Below, piece after piece: positions 1-11,935 of a DNA stretch of 64,000 nt. The position numbers were made by a program, and so were the translations under genes. The stretch comes from Lama guanicoe (lineage: Eukaryota): NCBI GenBank assembly GCA_013239625.1, contig MU054187.1, positions 4,351,757 to 4,415,756 of the forward strand, in the 5' to 3' direction. The stretch's first letter is position 1. Every line of letters starts with the position of its first letter. The notes beneath the pieces were generated by a model. The model saw only the letters and a list, made by a program, of their open reading frames with translations, was not told where the DNA came from and did not search any database.

Positions 1-1466
1 AAAGAAATGCAAAGACTTCTCTGAGGCTGGTTATTGAAAACAATTTCTTCCATTGATGGTGATGTCTATATACAAAAACCCCTAATAGCACTGACAGAAG
101 AACTTGATGGAAATTTAAATTAATATAAAAATTTAGATGGCGGTGGAGCAAAAGAAAGAGGCTGAAACAAGGCACTCAGAGCATCAGATTTTGTCTCAAG
201 ACTTTTTGTCAACTGTGCCCAGAAGCTGAATTAGCGGAGGGGGCAGGGGGATAAAAGACACGTTAACCTGAATAAGAAAATGAAAGGTTGCAAATGGAAA
301 AAGCCTGGGGATTTTGCATTTTTCAGAATCTATGAGGCGAGACTAAAGTCCAGACCTGCATACGCCTCCAGCCGAGAGCATCTTCCCAGCGCCCTTTTCC
401 CCAGCTGGCACACGCAGCATCTGTGTCTCTCAATCTGAAGGTAAGTATTTTCACCAAGAATTGTATGTGTTCTAAATTTATTTGCACTGGAGATAGGAAT
501 TCTTTACATTTAATAAGGTCTCAAATGCAATTGATACAGAGTGCTTATAGCAGCAATTTTTAAATATTCATGAAAATATTATTATTCAATTTGCTACTTT
601 TTTCAGCTGAAAGTAGACCATTAATAATCCATTTCCATCTTCTGAGAGTACATCAGACAGGAATCTGCAAGGGCAGAATGTGTACGTTTGCGAGCTCAAG
701 AAAACCACTGTGACAGTGACTGTCCAGCAGCCGAAAAGGGACAGATCCAACTGTACTAAAATTATGGTGGTGTCAGAAGTTAAAATCTGTGTAAATAAAA
801 CTGAAAAAAAATCGAGTGTATGGGGCAGAGGGCATGTAAGGAAGCGCGAGAGGGAAGTGGCATCTTTCTGTTGGTAGACAGATAAGTGAGGGCACCGGGC
901 AGACAGGTGGAGGGCGGGGAGGAGGGTCTGGAAGGTGGCATCATGCCCACCTCCAGCATGAAGGGGCTTTGCTTCCTCTAAACGAGTGCCAGCAGGAAGC
1001 TGGTTAGAACTCAACAGCTGCAAGTGTGCGGTAGCAGCAGGGACCTAACCGGACATGACCCAGTGCTCACTGTAATATAATTAGCATTGCAGTTCAGGCC
1101 CCTCCATGGATTTTTCTGGGTGCATCATGGCTAAGGACATGCAATTTCCCACTTGATGTAACTCCGCAGGCCTATCCTCCAGGTCTTCCAGCTAATCTTA
1201 CAATAACAGTTCATGTTAATCTCCAACCTTCAGATGGAAATAACAAAGGGAGAGAAGTTCAGTGCTTGGTCCAAGGTTCTCCATCCTGCACATTTTACCA
1301 GCTCTCATCACCCACTCATGACATAGAAATATGCAATTCTTTGGTCACATTGCTTATGCTCTGTCCTTTACTAATACAGGAAATGGCTTTAAAACTTTCC
1401 ACATGGACAGTCACCTGATTGGTGATTATTACTATCACTTGGGAATAAGGGAGCTATTGAAAATCA

Positions 1467-1612
1467 GGAGGGAGGGTAGAGCTCAAGTGGTAGAGCACAT
1501 GCTTAGCATGCATGAGGTCCTGGGTTCAATCCCCAGTTCCTCCTGTATGAGTAAATAAGTAAACCTAATTATGTCTCCCCACCAAAAATAAAAAAAGAAG
1601 AAGAAGAAGAAA
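1467..1612 (+). mobile_element. tRNA-derived SINE (camelid Vic-1-like)
   Basis: tRNA-like head AGCTCAAGTGGTAGAGC...GGGTTCAATCCCCAG, A/GAA-rich tail, short TSD GAAAATC (1459-1465 / 1613-1619). Confidence 0.9.
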
Positions 1613-2411
1613 GAAAATCTACTCCAGGTCAGCCTACCAGAGTCCCCCATCTTTACTGCACCCCGTGGCTGTGTCTGAAGCTTTCATTCAAGAAAGTCCC
1701 TGCACTGTAGCCTTGCCGGCGGAGGTGAAGCTGGCGTGGGCTACGGACGCATTAGCGCTCTCTCCCCATGTAGGCGGTGTCCAACTTGGGAAGTTATACA
1801 GTTGACAAGCTCATGTGTTACAGCAGTAATTTAGGTCTGGAACATATTGTGTCACAAATGGTAGTTAGGTTTTAAGGCAAGACCACAAATGCTGTCTCAT
1901 GCGTAAGGAACCGAAATTAACGCACTAATGCACAATTTCAATCATGCTGAAGCCCATTGTGAACTTTGTATCTTTAGAAAAATGCAGCCTGAAACCCAAA
2001 TGGGACCCTCAGGAATATGTGTTTTCTGGAGCGGCGGCACCAGGGAACAGGAACGCCATATGGGATACAGGACAAATATTTCAGGCAAAAGTGACTTGCA
2101 GATCTCTCTACCACTTTGTAGGAAAGGCAGCTAAGCCAAGCAGGTTCCAGATCCAAGTGGTTTAATGAAGGAACTAGCGGCGACGGTGACTATTCCTGAC
2201 AGGTGGACAGATCCGCGCTGGGGCTCACCTGCCTTCTTTGCAGGTCCCGTGGTTGTGGATCGCATACCGGTTTAGATCTGTTCTCACTGAGACAGACCCT
2301 GCCCGTAGGCTCTGCGGGTGGTTGTTGGGGGCCAAAAGGGGGAGCCTTGGGGGCCCCTGAATAAGCCAGCTGCCCGAAAGTAATTTGTTTAATATTTGCT
2401 AATCTTGATTC

Positions 2412-2720
2412 TTTTTTTAAATTTAAATTGAAGTATAGTTGATTTACAATGTATTGTTAGTTCCTAGTGTACAGCATAGTGATTCATTTATACATATTTT
2501 TACATTCTTTTTCATATTCTTTTTCATTATAGGTTATTATAGGTGGTTATTACAGGGTATTGAATATAGTTCCCGGTGCTGTACAGTAGGACCTTGTTGT
2601 TTATCTGTCTTATATATAGTAGTGTGTATCTGCTAATCCCTAACTCCCAATTTGTCCCTCCTGCCCCCTTCCCCACTGGGGACCTAAGTTTGTTTTCTAT
2701 TCTGTGAGTCTGTTTTTGCA
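2412..2720 (-). mobile_element. L1 3' UTR fragment (lineage-type, 5' truncated)
   Basis: T-tract then TTGAAGTATAGTTGATTTACAAT...GTACAGTAGGACCTTGTTGTTTATC, antisense of the artiodactyl-type L1 3' end. Confidence 0.85.
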
Positions 2721-2855
2721 TCAGCGTGCTTCCTTCTCTGGCATAATACTCCCACTTTACAGTAAGGTGGAGTTGCCAACCTACACATCACAGGTATGCA
2801 ACGGCAATTTCCACATTGAAATTAAAAGGTAAGACTTTTTTGCCCTCTTTGGACT

Positions 2856-3050
2856 CTTTTTTAAATTATTTTATTTTTTATCGAAGTGTAGTAGATTTAC
2901 AATGTTAGTTTCAGGTGTACAGCAAAGTGATTCAGTTATACACATACATATATTATATATTTTTTCTTTTCAGATTGCTTCCCATTGTAGGTTATTACAC
3001 GAAACTGAACAGAGCTCCCTGTGCTGTACAGCAGGTCCTTGTTGTTTATC
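2856..3050 (-). mobile_element. L1 3' UTR fragment
   Basis: Same motif series as 2412-2720 (GAAGTGTAGTAGATTTACAATGTTAGTTTCAGGTGTACAGCAAAGTGATTC). Confidence 0.85.
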
Positions 3051-3479
3051 TCTTTTACTGCCTTCTTCCCTCTTAAAACACCAGTAGGCAACAAGGAGGA
3101 AGAGAAACAAAATAATAAACATCACCATTGAGGAAATAAGTGAACCGAGGTAGAAATCCCTCTCAGCCTCATGTGACGCTCTGGCACAGCAAGGGAGGCA
3201 GGGCTGGGGGTCGGGGGGTGCCAGCACTGCTCCTGGTCACACGGGCAGAAGGGAACACTGAAGCCTCTGGAACATGAGACCCTGCATCCTGCTGGGCTTC
3301 ACCAGAGCCAAGAATGTTTCCTGCTGGCCAGTCTGGGAACAATGCAGCTCTTCAGAAATAATGATGAACTAGCAAGCTGGTCTCAGACTTCTCCACGGAA
3401 GCCAGAAGTGCTGGAGGACAGGGGCACGCAGCTTCCATCGGGGAGAGAAGGCAGGACCCAGAAAACGCAGATTTAGTCA

Positions 3480-4152
3480 AAGAAAGCATCAGACAATCCC
3501 AACGTGAAAAAAGTCTACAGAATAATTGATCACCGTTCTTCAAAAGTGTCAAAATTACGAGAAAGGTCACAGATGGGAGGAGACAGTGGAGAAACAAGAG
3601 TAAACGCGAAGGGAGATCCCGGGTGGGACCTTTCCTTTTCAGTTGAAGTAGAGTTTCTGTACAATATTCTGTAAGTTAGCAGGTGTACAATATAGGGATT
3701 CACAATTTTCACAGGTTATACTCCATCTATGCTTGTTACAGAATATTGGCTGTGTTCCCCGTGTTGTACAGTATATCCTTGCGGTTTATTTTATACCTAA
3801 TAGTTTGTACCTCTTAATCCCCAGCCCCCATCTTGCCCCTCCCTGCTTCCCTCTCCCTGCTGTAACCACTAGGTTATCCTCTACATCTGTGAGTCTTCTT
3901 TTTTATTACGTCTACTAGTTTGTTGTATATTTCGCGATAGGATCTTGGAATGGAAAGAAAAAAAAGGATATTAGTTTAAAAACTGGTGAAATTCAAATAA
4001 GGTCTACAGTTAACAGCATTGTACCAAAGCTAACTCTCCAGTTTTGATAGTTGTGCTGTAATTATGCAGAATGTTTAAATTAGAAAAATCTAATGCGACT
4101 TCTGCAACTCTTCTGTAAATCTAAGATGAGTCCAAAATAAAAAGTTTAAAAA
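3480..4152 (+). mobile_element. Old L1 (L1MC/ME-like) 3' end interrupted by an antisense younger L1 3' fragment (~3631-3930)
   Basis: Old-L1 terminal motif CTGCAACTCTTCTGTAAATCTAA...AAATAAAAAGTT; nested antisense GTTGAAGTAGAGTTTCTGTACAATATT... Confidence 0.65.
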
Positions 4153-4574
4153 GCAAGGCAGCAAATAATTATGTTGAAACATGCAAGACCTTGAAGAATA
4201 CAGTTCTCATGAGCTCATCTTGGACAAAAGAGAGAAGCTGAATTTGAACCACTGAGTCGATGAGGGGAAATCACAACAAAAGGACAGTTGGCACGTGAGC
4301 ACCGGATCCCTCAAGTGCAAGAGTGAGGTTGGCCAGCCCACGGCCAGGGAGCCAAGTGCAAATATTTTTTCACATTATAAACTGCAATGATGTATAAATA
4401 TGAAAATAACTACCCAAATGTGAACGTGGTGGTCAGGGAGGAAAAGTAATGGAAACACAATGACATACGTGTGTATTAAGGTAGGTTTCAAAGATATTTA
4501 ACAGGTCAATCAGTTAGTAGAGGTATGAGTATTTTAGAAATACAAAAGTGAACACTTGAAAAACTGATGATAAA

Positions 4575-5045
4575 AAACAAACAACCCAATCCAAAAATGG
4601 GCAGAAGACCTAAACAAGCAATTCTCCAATGAAGACATACAAATGGCTAATAGGCACATGAAAAAATGCTCAACATTGCTAATTATCAGAGAAATGCTAA
4701 TCAAAACTGCAATGAGGTATATATCACCTCACACCAATCGGAATGGCCATCATTAAAAGTTTATGAACGATAAACGCTGGAGAAGGTGTGGAGAAAAGGG
4801 AGCCCTCCCCTCCACTGTTGGTGGGAATGCAGTGTGGTGTAGCCATTATGGAAAACAGTACAGAGATCCCTCAAAAAACTAAAAACAGACTTACCATATG
4901 ACCCAGCAATCCCAGTCCTGGGCGTGTGTCCAGAGGGAACTCTAATTCAGAAAGATACATGCACCCCAGTGTTCACAGCAACTTTATTTACAATAGTCAA
5001 ATATGGAAACAACCTGAATGTCCACTGACAAGATGACTGGATACA
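4575..5045 (+). mobile_element. L1 ORF2 3' region fragment
   Basis: AAAATGGGCAGAAGACCTAAACA, CACCTCACACC, GACCCAGCAATCCCA, GTTCACAGCAACTTTATTTACAATAG. Confidence 0.9.
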
Positions 5046-7430
5046 GAAGAGATTTCACGACCAAGAATGAGCATAAGGAGTTAGAAGGAATCAGAGACAC
5101 CATGCAGGATTCTGGCTTAGGAAAGAAGGTTGAAAATGGCTCCCTTCCGAAAATACGGGACAGAGAGGGGTGGTTTTTCTGGTGCTGGGGGTGGGGGGTG
5201 GGAGAGGGGCTGTTATTTCTCTCTGCAGGAGGTTAGGTGGAAGTGGCTGTTGCAGTAGGTCGGGTCTGGAGCCCTGTTGTCAAAAGTTAGATGCTCATTA
5301 ACCCACTGGACTTAACAGCTTGTATCTCAGATGTGAGATCTGTCCAGGAGATGCAGTGTCAACATCGGTGCACAGCTTTAATTTCATCCTTGAGAAAGGA
5401 TAAAATTGACAGCAAGCTATGCAGAATGAGAGGCAAGAGGCAGATGAAAGTGGAAAAAGAAATCAAAAGAAACCCCAAATGTAAAGGTGGACGGAGGAGG
5501 AAGGGCTTTGGAGGAAACTAAGGAGAAAGCAGAGAGCTCAGATTTCACAGCATCCAGGGAAAAAAGAACATTTCAGTTCTTTCAAGAAGGTTAGCTGTGC
5601 CCAGGAGAGATGCAGGGCATTAGCTGGGGGAGGAAGCAGAGTCCAAACAGGGCTTTAAAAAAAAAATAGAAGAGACAATACATTAAGATGCTTGTGGGAG
5701 GATCCAGTGGAGAGGAAGTTGAGGATGCAGGAAAGTGAGACGATGAGTGATGCTTCCAGTGTGGGGGAGAGGCTGCGTGCTGAGCCTGGGAGGAGGGTTA
5801 AGCCTTGGGCAGGATGAGGACCACCTCTTTTGCTGTGACCAAGGGGAAGAAGGAAAGGAGAGCTGTAGGTGCAAACAAGCTTGTCCATGGGCAACGAGGG
5901 GATGGGAATGTAGACTCTGAAACACTTGAGGGGTCTCTGGCAAGGGGCAAATTAGGTCCAGGAGTCCGATTAGCATGGTACAAAGAGAGCCACAGGTGTC
6001 AACTATCAGAAGCAAAAGCACACAGACGCTCGGGGATGGGCGCAAGACACGGCCAAAGGGACTCCAAGGGATTTGGGATTAATGCTGATGGTATCTGCTA
6101 CAAAAAGTCTAAGTGATTTTCCCAGGCAAATCTGAAATTAAATACAAGTCTTCAAATTTAAAATATCACCATTGCGTTGAGTCTTCCATTGTCTAGAAAC
6201 CACACTTTTTCAGAACATCCCTGATACTCCTATCATGGGCATATACCCAAGACTTAATTGCCACTCGTTCTGTGCAGACTCTCTTACAAAGCTACCAAAA
6301 GATAAAATAACATATCCCGTTAACTTGACTGCTAAAAAAATAAGTAACATATTTTGTCAGGTCCCCAGGTGACTGTGAGTGACTTCCCTCAGCAAAACAC
6401 AGGCTGGAAGGCGGGCAGAAAGGGCCGTAACTGCTGGAAGGATGGCTTGAATAGAATATCCAAAGTACGACGAATTCACAGGAAATGAACCTTCATTAGC
6501 TCAGATGCCTCCATATGGAACTACTTGTTGGGTCAAGAGCTTTCCAGAAAACCATATGAAACCCTGGGAAATGTCTGTTTTGGATGCAAAGAAATCTCAA
6601 GGGAATTTATGGATTCAGATCTTTGTTATGGAAAAAGGAACTTTGAGTTTAGCCTGGGAAGTTTGCTTTCTGGGAGGCATGCCAAACTCCAAGCTGACGT
6701 GATTTGCAATAACCTAGTTAATCAACCCTAAAAATCAAGGCTGTATCGTCTTCTTAGAGATAATCACACATGGTAATTTAGAACAGTAAGACTTAGAACA
6801 GTGAGGAAACCGTGTGCTTTAGCCACGGTATGTAAACATCTCGGCACCAGCTTGCTTTGTACATAAATATCCAATAGACATGTTTTCAGATACCATTTGC
6901 TCATATTTTTAAAAGATAAAGTGACTTTGTAGACCTTTCATGACTTAAACTTGGCTTTAGGAATTACAGAATTATTTTCTAACAAAAGAAAAATTGACTT
7001 CCACTGACAAAAGTCAGAAATTCATCCATCCCTTATGTGTAGTACAAAGCTGAATTTTTATGTAAACAAATCAGCATTTTGAAACTAGAACACAGACAGT
7101 CTCATTCTTACCAGCATGACTCTGTCTGAAACTGTTACTTCTCTTCAAAAACCAGAATTTTTACCTGCTTTTAACTACCTGGGATCCTGAGCTGAAATTT
7201 TATGAAGGGTCTAGCGGAGCAGTGTTTAGAGTCTGGCAGGGAAAGAAGGTGACATTGCAGAGAGCAGCAGTTCAGCAATGCCAGCCCGGTCTGTCTCCCA
7301 CTTCGGGGCTCTCTGCTTTAGACACCTGATGCTTTGACTCTGCTTCGGATTCCACTGCAGGTCTCAGCCAGAGAGGCCCAGCAGGATAGCCACAGAGCTT
7401 AAAAACCAAATGTTACGTTCCTGAAGCTTC

Positions 7431-7620
7431 AGGTTCCCGAAGTGTGTTCTAGGCACTCCTGGGGACCCCTGAGACACGACTAAGGCCCTACCAGGTCAAA
7501 ACCACTTTTATCGCAGTACTGTGATGCTATGTGCTTTTTCACTCTTACTTTCCCTTAAGTGTCCAGTAGAGTTAGTCAGAGGCTACCTAAGTGTGATGTC
7601 ATAACACGTTGAATGCATGT
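7431..7620 (+). mobile_element. hAT-Charlie-like DNA transposon fragment
   Basis: GGGGACCCCTGAGAC...AGGTCAAAAC...TTTTCACTCT...CAGAGGCTAC resembles a Charlie-type end; subfamily not assigned. Confidence 0.5.
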
Positions 7621-7934
7621 CAAAAGTAGCTAGAATAACAACTAAATAGACATAAAGCATATAATTTCTCAACAGGTGTTGATTTTTTTAAAGGTTGAAA
7701 AAAATGTCAAACCAAAAGAAACAGACATAAGGGGATGGGGTTGGGGTGGGGGAGGCAAGGGGAAGAGCAGAGAAGAACAGAAACAAAAATATGGAATGAT
7801 GGGAAATAAATGTAAATGTATGCGAAATCACAATTCACAAAGGTAAATGGATTAAAACATTGAGTTAAAGGACAAAAATTAATCTAAAAAACACTTTTAA
7901 AATAATAACATGTTGTTTCTAAATGGGGCTAAAA

Positions 7935-8127
7935 CAAGAGTTTGCAAACTACATCCCACAGATAGTGCCCCATCCTAGCCCCCAGGTACATATAAATATG
8001 GTGTTGGGCTAAGAGTGGTTTTTACAGTTTTAAATGACTGAAAAAAGAAGATGAATATGTGACAGACACCACATGTGGCTAAGATACTTAGTATCTGGCT
8101 TTTTATAGAAAAGTTTGCTAACCCCTG
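7935..8127 (+). mobile_element. MER58-like hAT MITE
   Basis: Ends resemble CAGGGGTTGGCAAACT / AGTTTGCTAACCCCTG terminal inverted repeats. Confidence 0.7.
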
Positions 8128-8145
8128 CTCTACAATCTAAAATCA

Positions 8146-8306
8146 GGGTTGGGGAGGGTATAGCTTGGTGGTAGAGTGCAAGCTTAGCACGCACAAGGTC
8201 CTGGGTTCAATCCCCAGCAACTCCATTAAAATAAATAAGTAAATAAAAACCTAATTACCCTCCCCTTTCCAAAGAAATTTTTTTTTGATAAAAGTAAATT
8301 TTAAGA
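8146..8306 (+). mobile_element. tRNA-derived SINE (Vic-1-like)
   Basis: tRNA-like head with B-box GGTTCAATCCC; TSD AATCTAAAATC (8134-8144 / 8307-8317). Confidence 0.92.
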
Positions 8307-9022
8307 AATCTAAAATCCTAACACCCAAAGTGGAGACAGGATGGAGACAAATCCAGTGGAAACAAGTTTCAAACAGAGTTGGGTTTTCCCCCACTATCCA
8401 GAGGTTAGCTGGATATGCACATGTCTTGGCACAATTATTAGCCCCCCTTGTAGGTAGGTGTGGCCAAGAAGAAGTGAACTGCAGTGATACAACTTCCAGG
8501 GCAAGCCTTCATAAAGGACACATCTGCCTCCCACTCCCCTTTCCCTTCTTCCTGCAGAGGAGGGAAAAGGGCAGCAGGGATGACATGACCATCCTTGACT
8601 AGGCTGAGGTTCCCGCTCAGGGCTAGCCAAGCAATGAGACGGGAGCCTGAGTCCCTGGACATCTATGGAAACATTTATTAGGAAAATTCTAATCAAAACA
8701 AAAATAGGAACCATCATATTCTTAAATATCTATTTTTTTAAATGGAAATACCAAATGTGTACATGTGTGAGTTAGGATATATGCATGTATGTCCCAGCTG
8801 TATCCACACAGAGGGGACTAGAAGCAAGAAAACCCCAGTAGCAGTGAGCACACTTGCTCAGATTTTGGCTTCTAATACCATTCTCCAATGAAAGAAACCA
8901 GGGATTCTTGGAGAAATGGTTGATTCCAGGGATGAGGCTAGAAAAATGCAAGATAAGCCTGTAGCATCTTGTAGTTACAGAAAGTAAGACAGAACTGAAC
9001 AAAGTAAGAAAGAGAAAATGGC

Positions 9023-9240
9023 AGGAAGAAAGAAGAAAGGAAGGAAGGAATGAAGGGAAGGAGGGAAGGAGGGAGGGAGGGAAGGAATGAAGGAAAGGAG
9101 GGAAGGAAGAAAGAAGGAAGGAATGAAGGGAAGGAGGGAGGGAGGGAAGGAATGAAGGGAAGGAGGGAAGGAAGAAAGAAGGAAGGAATGAAGGGAAGGA
9201 GGGAGGGAGGGAAGGAATGAAGGGAAGGAGGAAAAAAAGA
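9023..9240 (+). repeat. Compound (GGAA/GGGA) polypurine microsatellite with ~65-bp higher-order period
   Basis: Purines only apart from the T of GAATG; equivalent GAATG at 9121 and 9186. Confidence 0.95.
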
Positions 9241-11236
9241 AACAAAAGAAAGCATGAATGGGGACATAGCAGAAGTTGTAGGAGCCAACCTGAAAGAGTT
9301 CCTGATGGCAAACATTAGAATGATCTGAGCAACAAATAAATAATAATACTTTCATATCATGGGACAAAGAACAAAGTAAGTATCCATGAGTTCATACTGA
9401 TATAAGTAAATACTTCGGGTCTATAATCCAAAAGTATTTTTATTTTCTCTCTTACTCAAGTTGTTCTATTTCTGCAACTCTTTTATAAGCCTAAATTTAT
9501 TTCAAAATGTAAAGAAAAGCAAAGCACCATTTAAAGAATCAACAAAGCTAGAATTAATCATTGGGAAAGAGTGGTGAAACAAACATACTTCCCATAAGGC
9601 AAATACAGAGAAGACACTAAAAAAAAAATTCCAAAATTTTCATTCCAATTCAGTAGGTTTGAGGTATTCTCCTGATCCAGGCACCAGCAGATGTTCAAAA
9701 ATGCACAAGTGCTTCCGGGAGCCACCAAGACAGTCTTAGTTTGAGCCCCAACTCTGCACTTCATCTCAGTAACCCCAACTCCTGTCTAATGACTTCTCTT
9801 TGGTTCCTCCCTGCAAAGTCCCATTGGATGCACAGCCAAGTTGAACCCAGGCTATCTATGACTTCTAGACTCTTCTCTTCCAAACAACATCCTTAGCCAC
9901 AGGAGGTAATGTGAGAAGAAAAATGATCAAAGCCTTTGGGGAACCCAAAAAAGTCTGACTAATCTCTGAGTCCATGAGTTCGGCACAGAGGTCCGCAGTG
10001 GCCGCATCCTGTTTTGAAACTAGGAAGATGTATGCAATCAGAAAGGAATAAGCAGCTGAATCATGGACTTTAGATCCTGGGGTGAAATGGGCCTGACATG
10101 GTCCAGATGCTCCACTAAACTTGTTTCATGTTCTCACAATAATCCTCCCAAGTGGGTTTATCCCCTCCTATGAAGAGGATGCTTTCATTAGCGAGCTCAG
10201 GTAAACTGTGCGTGGTCACACAGCTACTGAGTGGCAAACACAGGGTTAAAGCCAGATGTTTCTAACACCCAAGCCCGTGGTAATTCTACTGTCACCACAC
10301 ATCAGCTAATACGATTCCCCACTGTACAGTTTACAGTCAGCTGGGTAAAGAGATTTTTATTTGTTTTACTAGCTCCCAAGCTGGCTCCACGTCCTTTATT
10401 TCTCCATGATGAGTCTTTACCTTTAAAACTGAAAGATGAGCCCCATCCTCCCATAAAACTCTCCTCCCATAAGGAATTTTCATAAATCTTATCCTGATGG
10501 ACTCATTCTAAGGGTGTGAGTAAGACCAGAGGCTTCGTACATCTGTGTGAAACCGGCCCTGCTTAGCGTGACCCTGCAGGAGACCTTGGCAGCAATTCCG
10601 TCCTTTCCAAGTGGCAGTGTACCTTGAATTCATTCGAGTCTGAGCCTCAGTGATGAATTATGTCCCCACTGGGTTTTTGTTTTCTTTTTTTCTGAATAAT
10701 GTTGGATGAGATCTAGTCTGAGCACCTCTCCAGTCGGCTTGTTTCCTTCTGGCGAGCACTGTGCTGGGTCTCGCCTCTGACCCTCGGGGCTTTTCAGGCG
10801 AGAATAGCTCATCTCATCAGGTCTGCATCATTCATGGATTTGAATAAAAGCTTCAAAGCCTGTGTGACTTAGCATAGTCATAAATGCCTCAAATGTAGGT
10901 AAAAGGAGCCGAGGTCGAAAGAGCCAGAGAAGGAGTGGGACGTAGTCTTCGTGGTTAATTGCAAATTAAGTCTGTTTGACAAGAAAAGAAGACCCTTCCT
11001 GCTACATATTTTCCCCCCAGGATCTTAACTCGAGGTCGTGCAACATCCTTTGATGGTAACTCCAACGAATATTACCATTGTCTTGAATATTATTTGAAAA
11101 CTGGTGTATGGAAGTCATATTCCAGAGTAACGTTGTATTTGGACGTTTCCTCACCAACCCCAAACCCACTGTGCTCTGAATTAACTTTGCCGGCTCCCTT
11201 CCTCCCGTTTTGCCTCCAGCCCTTCCTCTTTCTGGG

Positions 11237-11321
11237 CTTACCTCTCCCCAGCGACCGCCTCCCCGTTCCCGTGCTGAACTTGGAGTCACCTCTGCTTCTG
11301 CGTCTTCTTTAAGCGGAAGTG
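11237..11321 (-). promoter_or_regulatory. Candidate minus-strand first exon end plus ETS site
   Basis: Minus-strand donor GAG|GTAAGC (exon ends 11242); GCGGAAGTG at 11313-11321; local CpG retention. Confidence 0.4.
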
Positions 11322-11339
11322 CAGGCCTGAGGGGCTGGG

Positions 11340-11550
11340 CTTTGGAGGCTGATAAACCAGGGTTCATGCCCTGACTCCACTTCTTACTGGTGACGAGCCA
11401 CTGACCAAGTTACTGTAACCAGTTTCAGCCTCAGTTTACTCGTCTGTACTGTCGGAATCTTAAAAGTCAGGCTTGCAGAATTACTGTGAGGATTAAGTAA
11501 GATGAAGGACACAGAACACCAAGCACAGGGCCTGACGCATGTTGAGCGTC
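11340..11550 (+). mobile_element. MIR SINE
   Basis: CAAGTTACT...CCTCAGTTTACTCGTCTGTA...TGTGAGGATTAAGTAAGAT...AGCACAGGGCCTGAC MIR core. Confidence 0.75.
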
Positions 11551-11639
11551 CCAAGTCTTTAGGTTCTGATTGTTAAAAATAAAAAAAAAAGAGCAGCTCT
11601 TGAAAGTGTTGCCTGCTTCTTTACCCAAGCCACGGAGTT

Positions 11640-11935
11640 GGGAGGCCAATCTGAAACCGCGCCGGTCAGCTGCCGCGAAACGATGCAACCTGTGTCGGGG
11701 AAAGGACTCAACAGAAACACTCAGCGAGAAGAAAACGGCTTGGTTTGCAGCCGCTACTCGCGGTCAGCCAGGCCGAGAGGAGACGCGATAGCATGGCCGA
11801 GTCCTCAGGGCAGGATGTGTGGGGGCAACCGGCCGGCTGCGAAGGGGCGACCGGCGGGCAGTGCAAGGCTGTCAGGCGGCAACGTCCACTCCCACGGCGT
11901 TGTTAGTTTCCGCTTTCACTGAAGGCTGCGCGTTA
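11640..11935. promoter_or_regulatory. Small CpG-rich patch (weak/orphan CpG island)
   Basis: Dense CpG and GC content over ~300 bp compared with the flanks. Confidence 0.55.

Noticed and set aside
1467..1545. tRNA gene (also at 8150, 16935, 24525, 25945, 44570)
   Set aside because: These are tRNA-like SINE heads followed by a shared body, A-rich tail and TSDs, with degenerate stems.
8772..9367. Three overlapping minus-strand ORFs of 125-179 aa
   Set aside because: They are translations of the (CCTT/CCCT) microsatellite, giving low-complexity P/S/F/L peptides.
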